Source: Epiperipatus broadwayi (lineage: Eukaryota; Animalia; Onychophora). From it: 64,000 nucleotides of DNA. A program made the translations under genes and the position numbers. The DNA lies in NCBI GenBank assembly GCA_028023455.1, contig JAQFVV010000003.1, positions 29,884,001-29,948,000 of the forward strand. Direction: 5' to 3'. This document shows, one piece after another, positions 39,300 through 53,323 of the stretch (within the stretch, counting starts at the first letter, position 1; the number at the start of each line of letters is the position of its first letter). The notes under the pieces are model-generated. The model worked only from the letters and a program-made list of their open reading frames with translations, had not been told where the DNA came from and searched no databases.

Positions 39300-41000
39300 C
39301 TAAAAAGAACAACCTCATTTTAGTGATCGGCAAAATATAAATACAAATGATCTCAAAAATCAAATCAAAATCTCTTGGTGGCTAACCAACATGTATATTT
39401 TGTGAATGGAAAATCAAACTTGTCATTCGAAGAGAAAAGTCTGTACTCATCAAAGTAAAACCTTAAATGAGAATATCTCATAGAAGATGGATAAGAGCAG
39501 AAATAAAGCAGACGGATCTAATAAAGTCAGCAAATTATGGGAATTTAAAGTTATAAATCCCAGAAACAGTGTAAAATTATTCGATACTTCTGGGATATTT
39601 CAATCTTGAGCCAGAGAGTTAAATCAACTTTAACTTTAGATTCCCAATAGCCAACAAATATTCAACAAACTCAAGGACTCTGATCAATTACGTATATAGA
39701 CACACAAACAATCATGTGCTGCAAAGTGTGAAGTTACCTCATGGGAAGAAATTTGTCACCCATGAAGCTGTAATCACAAAAATTGAATTTGACTCAACAG
39801 AGCATTTATTCAACTATGTTGAAAGAACTAGCAACGTTAGTACTTGGATGCGAAGCTGCAAACATAACAATTCAAGGCATGCTATATGGAAGAGAGAAAT
39901 TCTTATCACCATTATGTATATTCTAGAACACTTAAATCCCATCAATTGGATCATGAACTATAGCAATAAGGACATGTATAATCCTTTTAGGACATTTTTC
40001 TTTATAGACTCTTGACTTATCATAGGTTGGTATCATGTTCTTATTTTATGTATCTATATATTTTTTTAATTTCTTTTCTTTAACATAGGTTGAGGGGCTA
40101 TAAATCCTTGATATGTTAGAAAAGGGAAAAATCATTATTAGTCTTATTTCGAATTGAAATAAAATATAGAGTCCAGTGTAAACTTGCTTGTGGATAAATT
40201 TAATCATCACCAGTGTTTAGAGGTAAGATTTTATATTCTTACACATTAAATACCAATATTTGTACAGTTACACTGTTATTTATTGGTGCTAATCATTTCA
40301 TCATTTATTTGTTTTTCAGTATATATGATTAATAATTTCTAGCATGAATGGTCTTTCCTATCATTATAGAAACAAATCATGATAGAAGGGGGGATACCAC
40401 CACCACATTGTTAATATGAATTAATTAATAAATATGTCGAATACAATGAATTACAATTTTAATAAAATCTAAATTAGCAAGCAAGTATCTATGCAAATCA
40501 TAACAAGTTTTAATTTTTTTTTGTTAGTATTGATATTAAAGGATTATTCTTTGAGGGAAGAGAGGAATTGGATCTATAAGTATTAACTACACTAATCAAA
40601 GAATAGAATAGTCATAGATATCTCAGCAAATTAATTGCTTTTGTTATAATCTCTCATTGCATAAATTGTAATAATAATTAATAAATTTGTTAAACATATG
40701 ATTTCAAATTAACGACTGTCCTTTGCATTTTTCTTTATTCATTTATCAATTTATCCCATTCTCACACAATAAATATAGTAATATGAATATTCCCTGAAAT
40801 AGAATATTATGGTATTCTCCCTAAGCTCGAATTCTAGGATAAATGGAAGTTAAGGATGGAGAAAAAAGATGCGTATACATGTAGATTTTTGATGTATGTT
40901 CATGTAGTGATACGACATCTCCTAAGAGTGAGATCGGGGAGGATACGAATCTAGAAGTTCAGGAATCCTAGATACATTCTGATGTCCTATCAAGATTATT
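39300..41000 (+). mobile_element. Possible highly decayed Ty3/Gypsy pol remnant
   Basis: Weak motif echoes only: LWEFKV, STMLKELATLVLGC...LYGREKF and LDHEL (RNase H-like), purine tract at ~40935. Confidence 0.3.
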
Positions 41001-42982
41001 GTTATGCAAGGCCAGGACCTGTTCCATTACAATATATACACAAAAATACAGTACATACATTTAATGAAAATAATATTAAAATAAAAAGTTACATGCAAAA
41101 CTAAAAATTGATCCTGGAATGAAGTTGTTTATAGTTAATTAATATTTTTTTACAGTTTTATTGTATATTTGTAAATATGTGTATATATAAAAAAGATAGG
41201 AATATATATATATAATAGATAATTAAAAATAATAAATTATAGATATTTGTTAAATTTATATTTTTAATGATAATAATTATAAAATATACACCTTTCCAAT
41301 AAAAGTATTATTAAAATTATAATTAAACAATTTTGAAAGATTGCTTGTTGTGAGAAATTTCAGAATATAACAGATAGTAAATACTGTATGTGAAATTTAA
41401 AAAGGATATTATAAAAAATAAAAACACTAAATTGAAATAGCATAAATTAAAACATCAAATGTTTTAACAATATAATAAATTGTAATATATAATATTTATA
41501 GATGGATATATATGTTTTTGGTTTATATGTTTGCATATACATATTAAATATTTTTAGTTTTTAATTTATAGAAATTGCTAAATGTGTATATCTGTTTGAA
41601 ATATTTATAAGTAATGATAAATATATATGTATGCAAATACACAGTTTCGTAAAATGAAATTATACATTTGTGTAAACAAATAATGTAATACAATTTTTTG
41701 GATATGAAGAAGGCTATTAGGCAGTTGAAACCGCAATAGGAAATTAAATAAATCATCGTGAAAAATGCATTGAGAAGTATGTGTGTGTATTTTTTAACAT
41801 TTAATATATAAGCAATGCTGTAAGTGTGGAAGAAATTTTGATATTTGAAATCAAATATTATAAGGGTATATATATATATATGTGTATTAATGTAAACACA
41901 CCATCATATAATTATCTAAAAATATAATAGTAATAATAAACAAATAAAAGTTAAACAATGCATTATAATAATCCAAGCACACTAATAAAAATATATTACA
42001 ATGTATTTATTTTGCTAATAACATGAAAACATAAATTTAATATGATTTTTTTTTTTTATTGTTTCAAATGAATATATAAATAAAAAAATATAATAAGAGA
42101 TTAATAGAACATTCTAACACTGTCCAAGGAAAAAATATAAGCATGTTAGAAGTTCTAGTATATTAAAAAAAAATAAAACACTGGGAAGATATATAATAAA
42201 TAGAATATGGAATTTATTATAATCTGAAGGAAAAAATATAATTTCTATGAATAATTGACATAAATATGACAAAGTAAATATATATATTGTAATCCCAACA
42301 CCATTAGTTCAATATTATTATAATAACCAATTTAAAAAACTTTTTTTTTTAAGAACAGAATTTTCTTTTTTAATTTTAGTATAACTATAAATATAGCATT
42401 TCCAGGGGTTACCAAAATGGTGATTATAGCTGAAGACAAGATAAGACATGTTGCCAAATTATAAAAATCACGATTATATTTAAAATTAGGTAAAAACATT
42501 CATTAAAGAATTTAGAGTATATATAACTTATATAAAGAATTTAGAGTATCAATTCCACATTACAGTGGTATAATTTATGGTAGAATACCCTGTAATAAAA
42601 TAAATTGTTCATAACATGACAATAATTTTAAAATGTCAATTATATTCGGTTTAAAATACATGTAAACAAACTTTTATCTCCATAAAACATTTAAATGTGC
42701 ATGTATGTATTTGTTTGTATGCATATTTGTAATATAAAAATGTTTTCTAAAAAAATTAAGAATAGATTCAATATAAAGCCATAGAAATCACAGTATTAAT
42801 TCTTTTAACATGCGCGCCGCTTGATGGCGTTATTTCTTTGCAAAATCATATAAAATGTAACATTACGGGCCAGACTTTAATTTTACTACATATTTTAATT
42901 GTTTTTTTTTATTTTTTTTGTCACAATTATTTTTTGGTTGAAAAAAATAATTTTTACTTGTAACTTTTACAGGGCCGGCTTT

Positions 42983-43390
42983 AATTTGATTAGGTAGTTG
43001 AATTGTTTTTGGTCTTTTTTTTTTTTTAAACATGTTGTCATGATTAATTTTAGGTTCAACTTTTTATTGATAAACATTGTCAAGCTTTTTTTTATACTTT
43101 TTTTATAATACAGACACATACATAAAATATAACATTAATTTGATAAGGTAGTTGAATTGTTTTTGGTCTTTTTTTAGTGTTAAGGTTAATTTTTTGTTCA
43201 ACTTTTTTTTTTGATAATACAGACACACACATAAAAGGTAAACATTACAAGGCTTGCTTGAATTTGATAAGATAGTTGAATTGTTTTTGGTCTTTTTTTT
43301 AAATGTTACAGTTAACTTTTTGGTTCAACTTTTTTTTTTTTGAAATAAACATTGTCAAGCTTTTTTTTTTTTTTTTAAATCCAGACATGC
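42983..43390. repeat. Three ~125-155-nt tandem units (aatttgataaggtagttgaattgtttttggtc...)
   Basis: Unit starts at 42983, 43137 and 43261. Confidence 0.85.
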
Positions 43391-43739
43391 CCACATATAT
43401 AAACAGAACAAGAGCAATCAAAACTGTTTTGCTTTTTGGAAAAATTGTTTTGCTTTTTTATTAATCAAAACAGGAAATCAACTGTTTTTTGGGTGTCTTA
43501 AGGTTAGTTGATTTTTTTTAAAATCATCATTTGTTATGAATCCTTTAGCTGTTAAGAAAAAAATCATGCTTTTCATAACCCAAACACACACATCTAAACA
43601 CAAAAACAGCAATGAAAAATGTTTTTTTTTTCTCTGGTTTATTCATCAATATACAAAACAAAATTTCAAGTGAACGATGAACAACAACAACCAAATAAAA
43701 AAAGCCAAAAAAAAAACCAAACAACATTTTTATGTTTCT

Positions 43740-43900
43740 AAAGAAGCTGCTGTTGCTGTGGAGGATTGTGTCTCACAGACATCTCTGACAGGATGGCCAG
43801 GAAAATGACTTCTTCCTTATGAGACGATGCCAAATAAATTCTGCCAGGTATTGTCCAGCAATTTCCTGGCAGTTCCACATTGTTTGCAGTTTCACCAATC
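43740..43900 (-). mobile_element. Merlin/ISXO2 (IS1595-like) transposase C-terminal remnant
   Basis: Joining shifted frames gives CKQCGTARKL/..QYLAEFIWHRL/..EVIFLAILSEMSVRHNP, resembling the Merlin YL.EF.WR...F..IL motif. Confidence 0.5.
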
Positions 43901-45967
43901 ACATATAAGTATATAGAATATGAGAACAGTTAATTTAGAAATTCTAATCTTGTTGGTTTTGATAAAATCAAGTAATAAACTATCATTCAATGTAAAAGTA
44001 AACATAAATAAGTGTATATTTGTTCTTTAATAATTTTATTTAAAATAATTCTTTTATATAAATTATATAATAAATATGGCTGATTTTCCCACACCTAAGA
44101 TAACTTGCAGAAAAATATCATCTGGAAGAAAGGAGTTCGAATTTATGTCACTTTTCCATTACATGCTCAGCACCATATAAACAAGTTTCGACAAAGTGTA
44201 GTGTTCTTTCGCTTGAAAGAACAAAACTTAATTTTGTCATTGCACCACTTGACAATGGAAGGCTGAGGAAAATTCATCAGATGTTCTTCCAGGGTAAATA
44301 TGAGCCTCTAGATCATCATCAAAATGATTTGCCAACAATAACCTAAATAACCATTTAATAGCTGGAACTGATAAAATTAAAAAAAAAATTTGCTATTTGA
44401 AAATTTTACTTTAACCTGTTAATTATTTAAATTTATAGTTGAATATTTAAGTTTCTGTTAAAAAAATTACAGAATGATTAACCTGTTATGCTTAATTGGA
44501 CTGGATTTTAGTGTATTCATCAATTCTGTACAAAATCATTAATTAATCTCACTTGCAAAATTGCTGATGTAAAATAATAGTTGTGTTTGCTGATTTTGAA
44601 AAAAAAAACCAAAACTGTGAGAAATATTAAAGTGATGCAATGTTCCTCGCTTCTTTAATTCAAATCAAAAAGGAAAGGTAATCACCTGAAGAATTGCCAA
44701 CTTATTGTCTTAATGGATTATTTTAAGAGAAGTAGGAGCAAACAGCATCAACAACACTTTTAAATAAAAACACCATGATCTGAATGAAATTTGAGACTAA
44801 TAATAATGTTTTTATTTTATTTCATCTATGAAATGACACTTTTAAAATTAATAACAAATGAGTTACTATAAGGTGAATTTAAAAATTTTAATATATAACA
44901 ATTTTTATCTGAAGGAATTTATTAATTTGAAATATATTGGAAAGAATAAAAATGTGTACATCAACATAAATAAACTATTCATAAACAACTGTGCATAATA
45001 ATAATAATAATAATAATGAATGGTTTGTTGTACTTATTTTTATTTATTTATTATATAATAAATTTCCTAGTATGCATTTAGGATTAATGAACATTCTTGT
45101 CAACCGTAAAAAGATCAGGTAGCATGTTTTTCTTTATTCAAACTAGGGTGGTATTTGAATGTATTATGTTAAAGATAGATTGCTCATTTAGTACTACAGC
45201 TTTTAACTAATAATATTGTTATTCTATTGGATACGAGATTCTTTTGTTTTATATACCTCATATTTTATTGCCGTATTTCCTATGGTATTGCTGTATATAA
45301 TCGTTCATGATTTATATAGTTAAAATGCACTATAATAATAATGCTAAATTTAATAGATAATAGTTATTCCATGGCTACAGGTCAAATAGAATGTTTTGTG
45401 AGACCTTAATTTTTGTACAAATGGGCCATGTAGATATTGTGCTTATTTAGTGAAGGATAAATGCCTCCTAAATAAAGATTAATAAAACTATATCATTTAA
45501 GGTTTGTTAGGAATATGGGCAATATTTGGGGATCTATAAAATGTTAATCCTTTATTGTATTTATTAAATCTGAAGATAATAAGAACATATTAAAAATCCT
45601 ATTACAAGCAACTTTCTTTATTGGTTTGTGTATTGATATAAACAACATTGTTCATTACATATTAGTGCATCTACCTGCAATTTTTTTTATTTATAATAGT
45701 GCTTTTATAAAGAACTTCATTTTGTAAGAATAGCATAAAAAATATTAATCTAATTATTTTATATACTATTTAATCTATCTTATTCATTATATTTTGTTTA
45801 ATCAATTATTTGATTGTTCTAAACAACGGTTTTGCATTTTACTCATCATCACCACTTTCACATTAAATCTATTCACATGGTTACATTAGTATAATCACAG
45901 TACTAATCAATAAAGCAAGTCTTATATAGCATGACATTGCTTTATAAAAAGCTTGTATTTACAAAAA

Positions 45968-46178
45968 TGCAATATAGAGACCATACCAATAGCTCAAGCA
46001 AGATCTTATTAATAAGTGTGATGTCTGAATGTTCTAGCTCTTCACTGAGGTGAGCCAAAAGCTCGAAAACAATTGGTCTGGGGATAAGAATATTACAGAT
46101 AGAGATTTTAAGTATTTTCTCTTACTGCACTTATTAATAAGAGTTTGTTTGAGCTATTGGTATGCTCTCTATATCGCA
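45968..46178. repeat. Fold-back element with 51-bp arms enclosing a hammerhead motif
   Basis: Arms 45968-46018 and 46128-46178 are reverse complements with few mismatches. Confidence 0.8.
46039..46084 (+). ncRNA. Type I hammerhead motif related to family A
   Basis: TCTTCA-CTGAGGT-GAGC CAAAA GCTC-GAAA-ACAATTGG-TC-TGGGGA: canonical 4-bp stem II, near-palindromic stem III, stem I with G-U pairs, A9>U core change. Confidence 0.7.
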
Positions 46179-49100
46179 GTTTTATAATGATAGTAATATA
46201 ATTTTAATAATAAACTTTCCATTATACTCTATTACAGTTTTATAAGTGAATATTATTTATGTTAAAATTGTTTTCTGACTCATTCACACTATTGTTACAG
46301 TTCTGTTTATATGCTAAAGTATGTGCTGGATACAATATCAAAATTCCCATTTGTATTCTTCCATAACTTGAAAAGCTATTATTATATTGATAGTTAAGAG
46401 TCTTATATTATCTGAAAAGTATTAGAAATAATATGTAGATAAATATTATTTTGACATTCATAATGTTATGCTAGTCACACATATCCTGTTTTATTATTAA
46501 TGATTAGAAATTTATTAGAATATAATATATATTAAATGCTGGATAAACCTTGAGATTGAATATAAATATTAATGTTCACATGTAATATTACAATAGCAGA
46601 TGCTATTTATGTGACAAGTATTTTGCTTATTGATTTTATTATTATTTTGAAAGGTTAAGGTAAATGTAAGGCAGTCACCACTTGGTGATTGGGGGAAATT
46701 ATGTTACAATATATATATCGGTCCTATCAAAACAACTCCATAATATCAATTAAATCTGATTAGAAATGAACCATAAGGACATCTTCCAAGAGAAAAATCT
46801 AATGGTCATTACTAATTCATCAGTCAAGTGCTATTTAACTTTCCTACAAAATATAAAGCTTGCATTAAAGTGTCTTATTCAACTATCTTAAGAATATATT
46901 GTTGATAAAGAAAGAAGCCATGATAGCATATAAAGCTGTAACTGTTATAGTATATATATAAAAAAAACCCTAAAAAACAGTAACAATAAAGATATCTATG
47001 TTTTTGTTTAATCAAATAACTTATTTGGCTACAAATTAATGTGTTTTTTTTTTTTTTTGGAAAATATTATATCAACATTATTTGTATAGTTTGGATTCAT
47101 TCAAATAATTTATTAGTATAATTAAATAGTTTTACCATATCTATGTCCTTTATGAATAATACTTGAATTAATTTTACTTTAACTTAAATTAATATAGAAT
47201 TGAATAATGCTAGCTCATAGTAACATGTATAGATAGTTGTAGAAACTAATAGTAACACCTAATGTTACTATATGATTATGAATTTTCCCTTTTATTCTTC
47301 TATGAGAGCATAAGACTATTATGTACATGGGATAATAGCATGCTTCCAGGAACAAGAAGTTCAATATATAAGCTTGTTTAAACTTATTTATAGTATTAAA
47401 AAAATCCAGTGAAATAAATATCAGATAACACTTATAAAGAAAAGAGTGATGTCATTTTAATAAGTTGTAATTTTAATATATGACAAACCTCACATTTATA
47501 AAGGTTTGTAATAATAAGTAGGATAATAAGATATGTAATTCTCTATAAAAAAAAAAGAGTATCCTTCAAAACCAAATGATAGTATTGTAGTTAAATAAAC
47601 TTTTGTTAATCAAAGATATGCTAAGAAATAATAGTCATGTGATTAATTATCTTATATAAGCACTTTTTGAAAAAAAAATTGTTTTATTAAAAATGACTTA
47701 GAGATGTGCTTCTCAAAGAACATTGGACTTAATTACTTTGCTAATTTCATGAGTAGGTTTATTAGGAGAGTCAGAGAAGTGTGGGTATTTATAAAACATT
47801 GTCTATTATGAGTGCTTCCATGGCCTCTCAATGTGGAAAAAGAAAACACTTTGAGTTAGAAAGGTATTGTATATTTATTGATATTTAATCAATGCTAACA
47901 CAGATGAATATTTATTATACTAATATTTGCAAATCTTTTGTCTATTTATTTATACCCATAAGATAGTGTAAAACTAGTTGTTTAACTACTTATTTTATCC
48001 ATTGCTGAAATTCACAACATCACATTCTGTTGCTCATATAAGTTACTGCAAAATGACTATAAGAAACATTACATATATATTACAAATATTATGATTTACC
48101 ATTCAATTAGTCCTGTAATTTTCAATACTGTTCATTATTTTAGTTAAATTTTGGCCATCTGTTATTGCCAAAAGTTATTAAAATGCTATATATAAATAGG
48201 TAAAAAGAAGGACTACATTGTATAGTGCTTAATGAATTTATAGGGTTTGAATCTGAAGATATATGATAGTGTACCAGTCGAAATTATATGTTAACATGAT
48301 TCACAGCCTGGGTAAAAGTACTTCGAATCCAACCGTATGCGAGATCAAAGATAAAGAATACTTAGGGATTCTGCCCTGCTTACCCACTCTCTAAATCTGC
48401 AAACTAATTAACAACATTTCTGAGGCAAGCAATTAATCTTTTCCACACTCTGGCCCACTAGCATCAACGGTGGAGCATGAGCCTCAACTAATTCGTATGT
48501 CTAACTCTAATTATTAATTTTAATTAGACTATCTATTTATTTAAATATAAAATGGTATGTGTGTGACCTTGAATCATCAGATAGCAGCACAATAATTAAT
48601 TAGAAAATACTAATTTTAGAATGAAGGAATAGAGATGAACCACAGGTAGCTTAAATTCACAGATATATATTTAATAAAACATTTTGATAATTTATCTAAT
48701 GTCTCTGATTTGATTTCATAAATTATTTAACACAAATTTCTATTCTGTCATTTATTATGCCTCTGGTGAAAGAGCAGTATAGTTTATATGCCAATCTAAC
48801 AAATGTCACGATTAGCAATTTATGGGAGAGGCCTGCCCAAGTCTGAGATATCGGAATGGATATTTTAAAGAGCTATTTTAAACATAATTTTATTATGATT
48901 GAATTTATTTTAAGAGAGAAATGATTAACTCAAACTATAAGAATTGGTATCGGAGAGAGTGACACATTTAAAATATAAATGGATCGCGATATTCGCAAAT
49001 AAATATTTCAAGATTTAAAATATATAAATTAATCAGATCGTGGTCAATCCGCCATGATGTGCTCAGATAAAGGGAAGGGAACAAAACCCAGCATTTGATG

Positions 49101-52100
49101 TTACATTACCAGCATAGACTCAATTATCTGCCCCGTTCCCATGACACCAAGAAATAAAGAAAGAATGGTCTGCGCCATTGGTAAACCCTAAAATATTTCA
49201 GGTGAAAGAAATATGAGAATTGCCAAGGCTAGCTGAGCTTAGCTTGCCCCAGTTCTTCCCATTTTGGCTTTCATATCCTGATAAATCATGGCCAGTGAAT
49301 TTATCACGTGGTCTAGTTTTGATCTAGCAATCACAAAGAACAAAAGACAAGTAATCAAGCCAAATGCCGGCAAGACAAAATACGAGTACTGGAAAATATA
49401 TTTTAGCATTTAAATATAGAATAGTGCTGAGCTAAAGATTACACAAATGTTATACGGATTGACCAAAATCAGACCAACAAGAATAAAATAAGCATTAATT
49501 ATTATTACGAATATTTGTAATGAATGACACGTCTCTCCCTTCAACGCAAAATCCCACTAACATTTCAAATGACATTCTATTCCTCTCCTATTATTTAACA
49601 TGAATATAATTTTATAAACCCCTCCCTCCCTCCCTTTTTAAAATGAAATAACTAAACTAAATAAAACCTCATGCTTGAATCTAACATCTCCCCACAACTA
49701 AACTGTGTACGTATAAATATTAAAAAAAACACATAATAATATAAAATGGTTTTATCTCGACAAAACAAAGGTTGCTCCAAGTATTTATCTTTCAGAGCTA
49801 GAAAATTATTCATTTTTATTTACCGACAAACATTGGTCGGGAAATAGGCAGCAAAATATTTATTTAAATAAAGCTTATGTCGAGATGGAACAAAATTGGC
49901 ATATATTCATTTCATTTTAAGTAATTAATAATAATATTTTCTAAACCGCATTAGAAGGAAGTTTAGCATTAAGAGACATAACTTTTAGACAGATAGAAGG
50001 AGAGCAAATACATTAGATTTTAAGTAATAGCAAGTATAGTTTACAGAATATTAAATTATACATTTTAGATTAAGTTATGGGGATTACACGTTAGAAGACA
50101 TTACAATTAGCAGGATTTACATTACTGGATCACTGGAGTTTTAGAAGAATAAATTAGGCAGTTAGAAAGTAACAAATTGAAAACATATTACCTAATTTAT
50201 TATGAGTCCGTGTGGAGGTTTGAATCCCACGATGAAAACTGAATTTCCGCACAGGCATAGCTAGCTATGAATTGAATAAGAGAGTTCAACAGTTCAGCAG
50301 TTTATTTTTATGAGGTTTCTCTGGCTTATGGTATTTTGATGATCATATTTAGGACACGGGAGACAGGCAGGTTGATGCCGTCTACTCTGCTACCATGCTT
50401 TGGAACATTTTTATCATTATTTTAAAAATTTGACTGACGTGGATTTGCCAGGCAATCGCTGACAAAAACTGTGACTGGCTGACCTCTATTGTTCTCTTTG
50501 GCTATTTATACCTTTTCAACTATTTTTGGGAAATTCCCTTTTTCATATGCTCCAGGCTAAATGGCTATGTTGGAATTCTGATGACCACAATTATCAACCT
50601 AAAGTATATTTGTATTGTATTCTTGAGATCCACTCTCCTGATAAACCCAATGATTTAATTGTTTCAAATCTATTTTTAATTAAATGTAGATTTGCAGAAT
50701 TTATATTTCAAATTATCTTTTCTATTTTAATTTTACTTTAATTAGAAAATCCATTACCATTTTGTTAATGGATTTTCTTTTGTTTGATGCTATGGAATGT
50801 TAGTAAGGTTTATCATGAAAGCAAATCTCCAGAATAAAATACTTAAAAAAATATCATATTAAAAATTTATATATTGATTTTTATAAAAGTTTCCATCTGT
50901 AATTCTATATATATGTATTTGCATATATATCTATCTATCTGGGCCCCTCTAATATTTATAATAAAACATTTTAATAGAAAATTAATACTTTAATAACTTA
51001 TTTACTGGCCTAAAATTTAAATGTAGATAAAATGGCAGACAGAAAGTTTTACAAACATCGTAACATGCGTGGATCAGGTTTGATCCTTGTCTAGTAATCT
51101 AGAAAGACATGAAGGATGGATCTGGCCTACAGATCCTATTGCTTCAATAATTATATTTTTTTAAAGATATAGGCTAACTTAATATTTTTCTATCAGATAG
51201 ACATCTATTGTCAATTAACTTAACCAATCATTAAATAAGAAATTATTTATTTTTGACCAGATGTTAAAATTAAATAAATATTAAATCATCACTTAATGGC
51301 TATTGGCTAACATGATAAAGCTTTTCTTTGTATTTCACTTTTAGAGAATTGTTGAAGACTTTATTCTGCAAAAATTTTATCCATTATATATGTCACTTCA
51401 TTCTTTCAGCTTATTATAGCATTATAAATAAGTACAGTTCCCTCTTTTCTATTTTGATGCCATTTATATATCTGGCAGATATTTATTATTATCCTGAAAT
51501 TAAAACAAAAAGTAACAGATCAGTAATGATATATTTTAGCAATCACAGTATTTTAATTAGCACCTTATTTCCACAAAGAGAAATGTTAATATCAATACAA
51601 CAATGTTCGATTCTTTAAGTTGTTATAAAACTTTATTATAATATAACACTAATAAGCTGAAATATATATGTAGCTATGTATATATGTAAAAATTACACAA
51701 ATAGTATAAACATTTATAATAATTTTATTAATACAATAAAGATACCATCTGAGCACTGTGTAGAGGAATAGTGAACCATTTTTCATGAAGAAAAGTCTCA
51801 AGTTCTTTCAAAAATGTTTTTTAAAAATATCAATCTTTTAAATAATAAAGAATCATCCACTAAGGCTCAATAATATTTAGATCAGGCAATTGGGAAGGCC
51901 ATGAGAAATGTGCTATGTCATTTTACTCCAACCTACATGTGGCTTATATGAAATAAAGAATTATCATCATAAAAGCTAGTAGTGTTGCATGGAAACAATT
52001 TTTGCACCATGAAATAAACACAATCTCTCAAAGTGGTTAAATAGTTTGCAATTCTAATCCACCCATGCAGAATCAAAAAAAAATATTACAATGTCTATTT

Positions 52101-52660
52101 AAATTATGACAGATTCATGATGATAATTCAAAATGGAAAAAGGAACTTAGTTGATAAGCTTCTTTTAGTGATCATCAGATATAATCCTAGGGGTTAGGAA
52201 AAATATAATAATGATCCATGTAAACATGATATCAGTACCAGGAACAACAATCAAATTTTTTCTTATTGCTTATCACAATGTCCTTTGATAAATTAATTTT
52301 TTGGAGTCACCTAATAAGCTTTCTAGAAAATCATCCAAATCCTTATATCACAAGCACACAAAATAAAATATTTAGTATTAAGATAATTCTTTCTCATATA
52401 TACATATATGGCAAAATTCTTAGTCTACTAACATATGCTCTTATTTTTAAAAAATAAGTGAAAGTAATTGCATATAAACTGCTAAAATAATATCATTATA
52501 AATAATATTTTGAATACAAGTATTTTTTTTTATATATACTTGGAATTAAGATGTAATTGTAGGAGATTTGAACCCAGACTTTGAAGCTCCCTTCAGCTAT
52601 ACACCCTATCTCATAAAATTGATACACATGACCACACACATGTGATAAAGATAAGTGATC

Positions 52661-52702
52661 TCCAAGTCATATTTCATGCTGAAACAGCATTCATCATTTG
52701 AT
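52661..52702 (-). ncRNA. Hammerhead motif B2
   Basis: ATCAA-ATGATGA-ATGCTG TTT CAGCAT-GAAA-TATG-AC-TTGGA: 6-bp stem II. Confidence 0.6.
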
Positions 52703-53121
52703 CCAGATCACCATTTCCCACACATATTTAAAATCAGTGATCAGTTTATACTAAGATAGCTAATCTTTAAACTTTAATGGACAGGCTTCAATCTACTCCA
52801 TCCTTCAACACTTCAGCCATCCCTACCATTGCAAATTTGATGATGGAATACCCAAATCCTTTGTTGATGCCCACATTGACTTTAAATCACTGACCCATCA
52901 TGTATAGAACCTTGACTATTTAAATACAGAGAAGAGGGATGGGCAGGATACAGGCTGAATCTGTAATATTTTGAATACAAGTATTTTTTATTTTTTATAT
53001 ATATTGAGAGTTTAGATGTAATTATGGGGGATTTAAACACAGTATTTCAAGCTCTCTTCAGCTATCCACTCTACCTCATACAACTGATACATATGAAACA
53101 CACACATGTGAAAAAGATAAA

Positions 53122-53158
53122 TGGTTATTTCATGCTTAACAAGTACTCATTAGTTGGT
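53122..53158 (-). ncRNA. Decayed hammerhead motif B3
   Basis: ACCAA-CTAATGA-GTACTT GTT AAGCAT-GAAA, 3' side deleted. 456 nt from B2. Confidence 0.5.
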
Positions 53159-53279
53159 CTAGAATCTAGATCATCATCTCCCATGCAAACGAGAAGCCTG
53201 TCCATTAAAGTTTGAAGATATACTATCTTAATATAAACTGAGCACTGATTATATATATATATGTGAGATGATGATCTGG

Positions 53280-53323
53280 ACCAACTGATCAGAGCTGGTT
53301 TAATATGAAATATGTACCTTGGA
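53280..53323 (+). ncRNA. Decayed hammerhead motif B4
   Basis: ACCAA-CTGATCA-GAGCTGGTTTAATAT-GAAA-TATG-TA-CCTTGGA. Confidence 0.5.

Noticed and set aside
50205-50230. GGTTTGAATCCC B-box as a tRNA gene
   Set aside because: No A box or cloverleaf; at most a SINE fragment.
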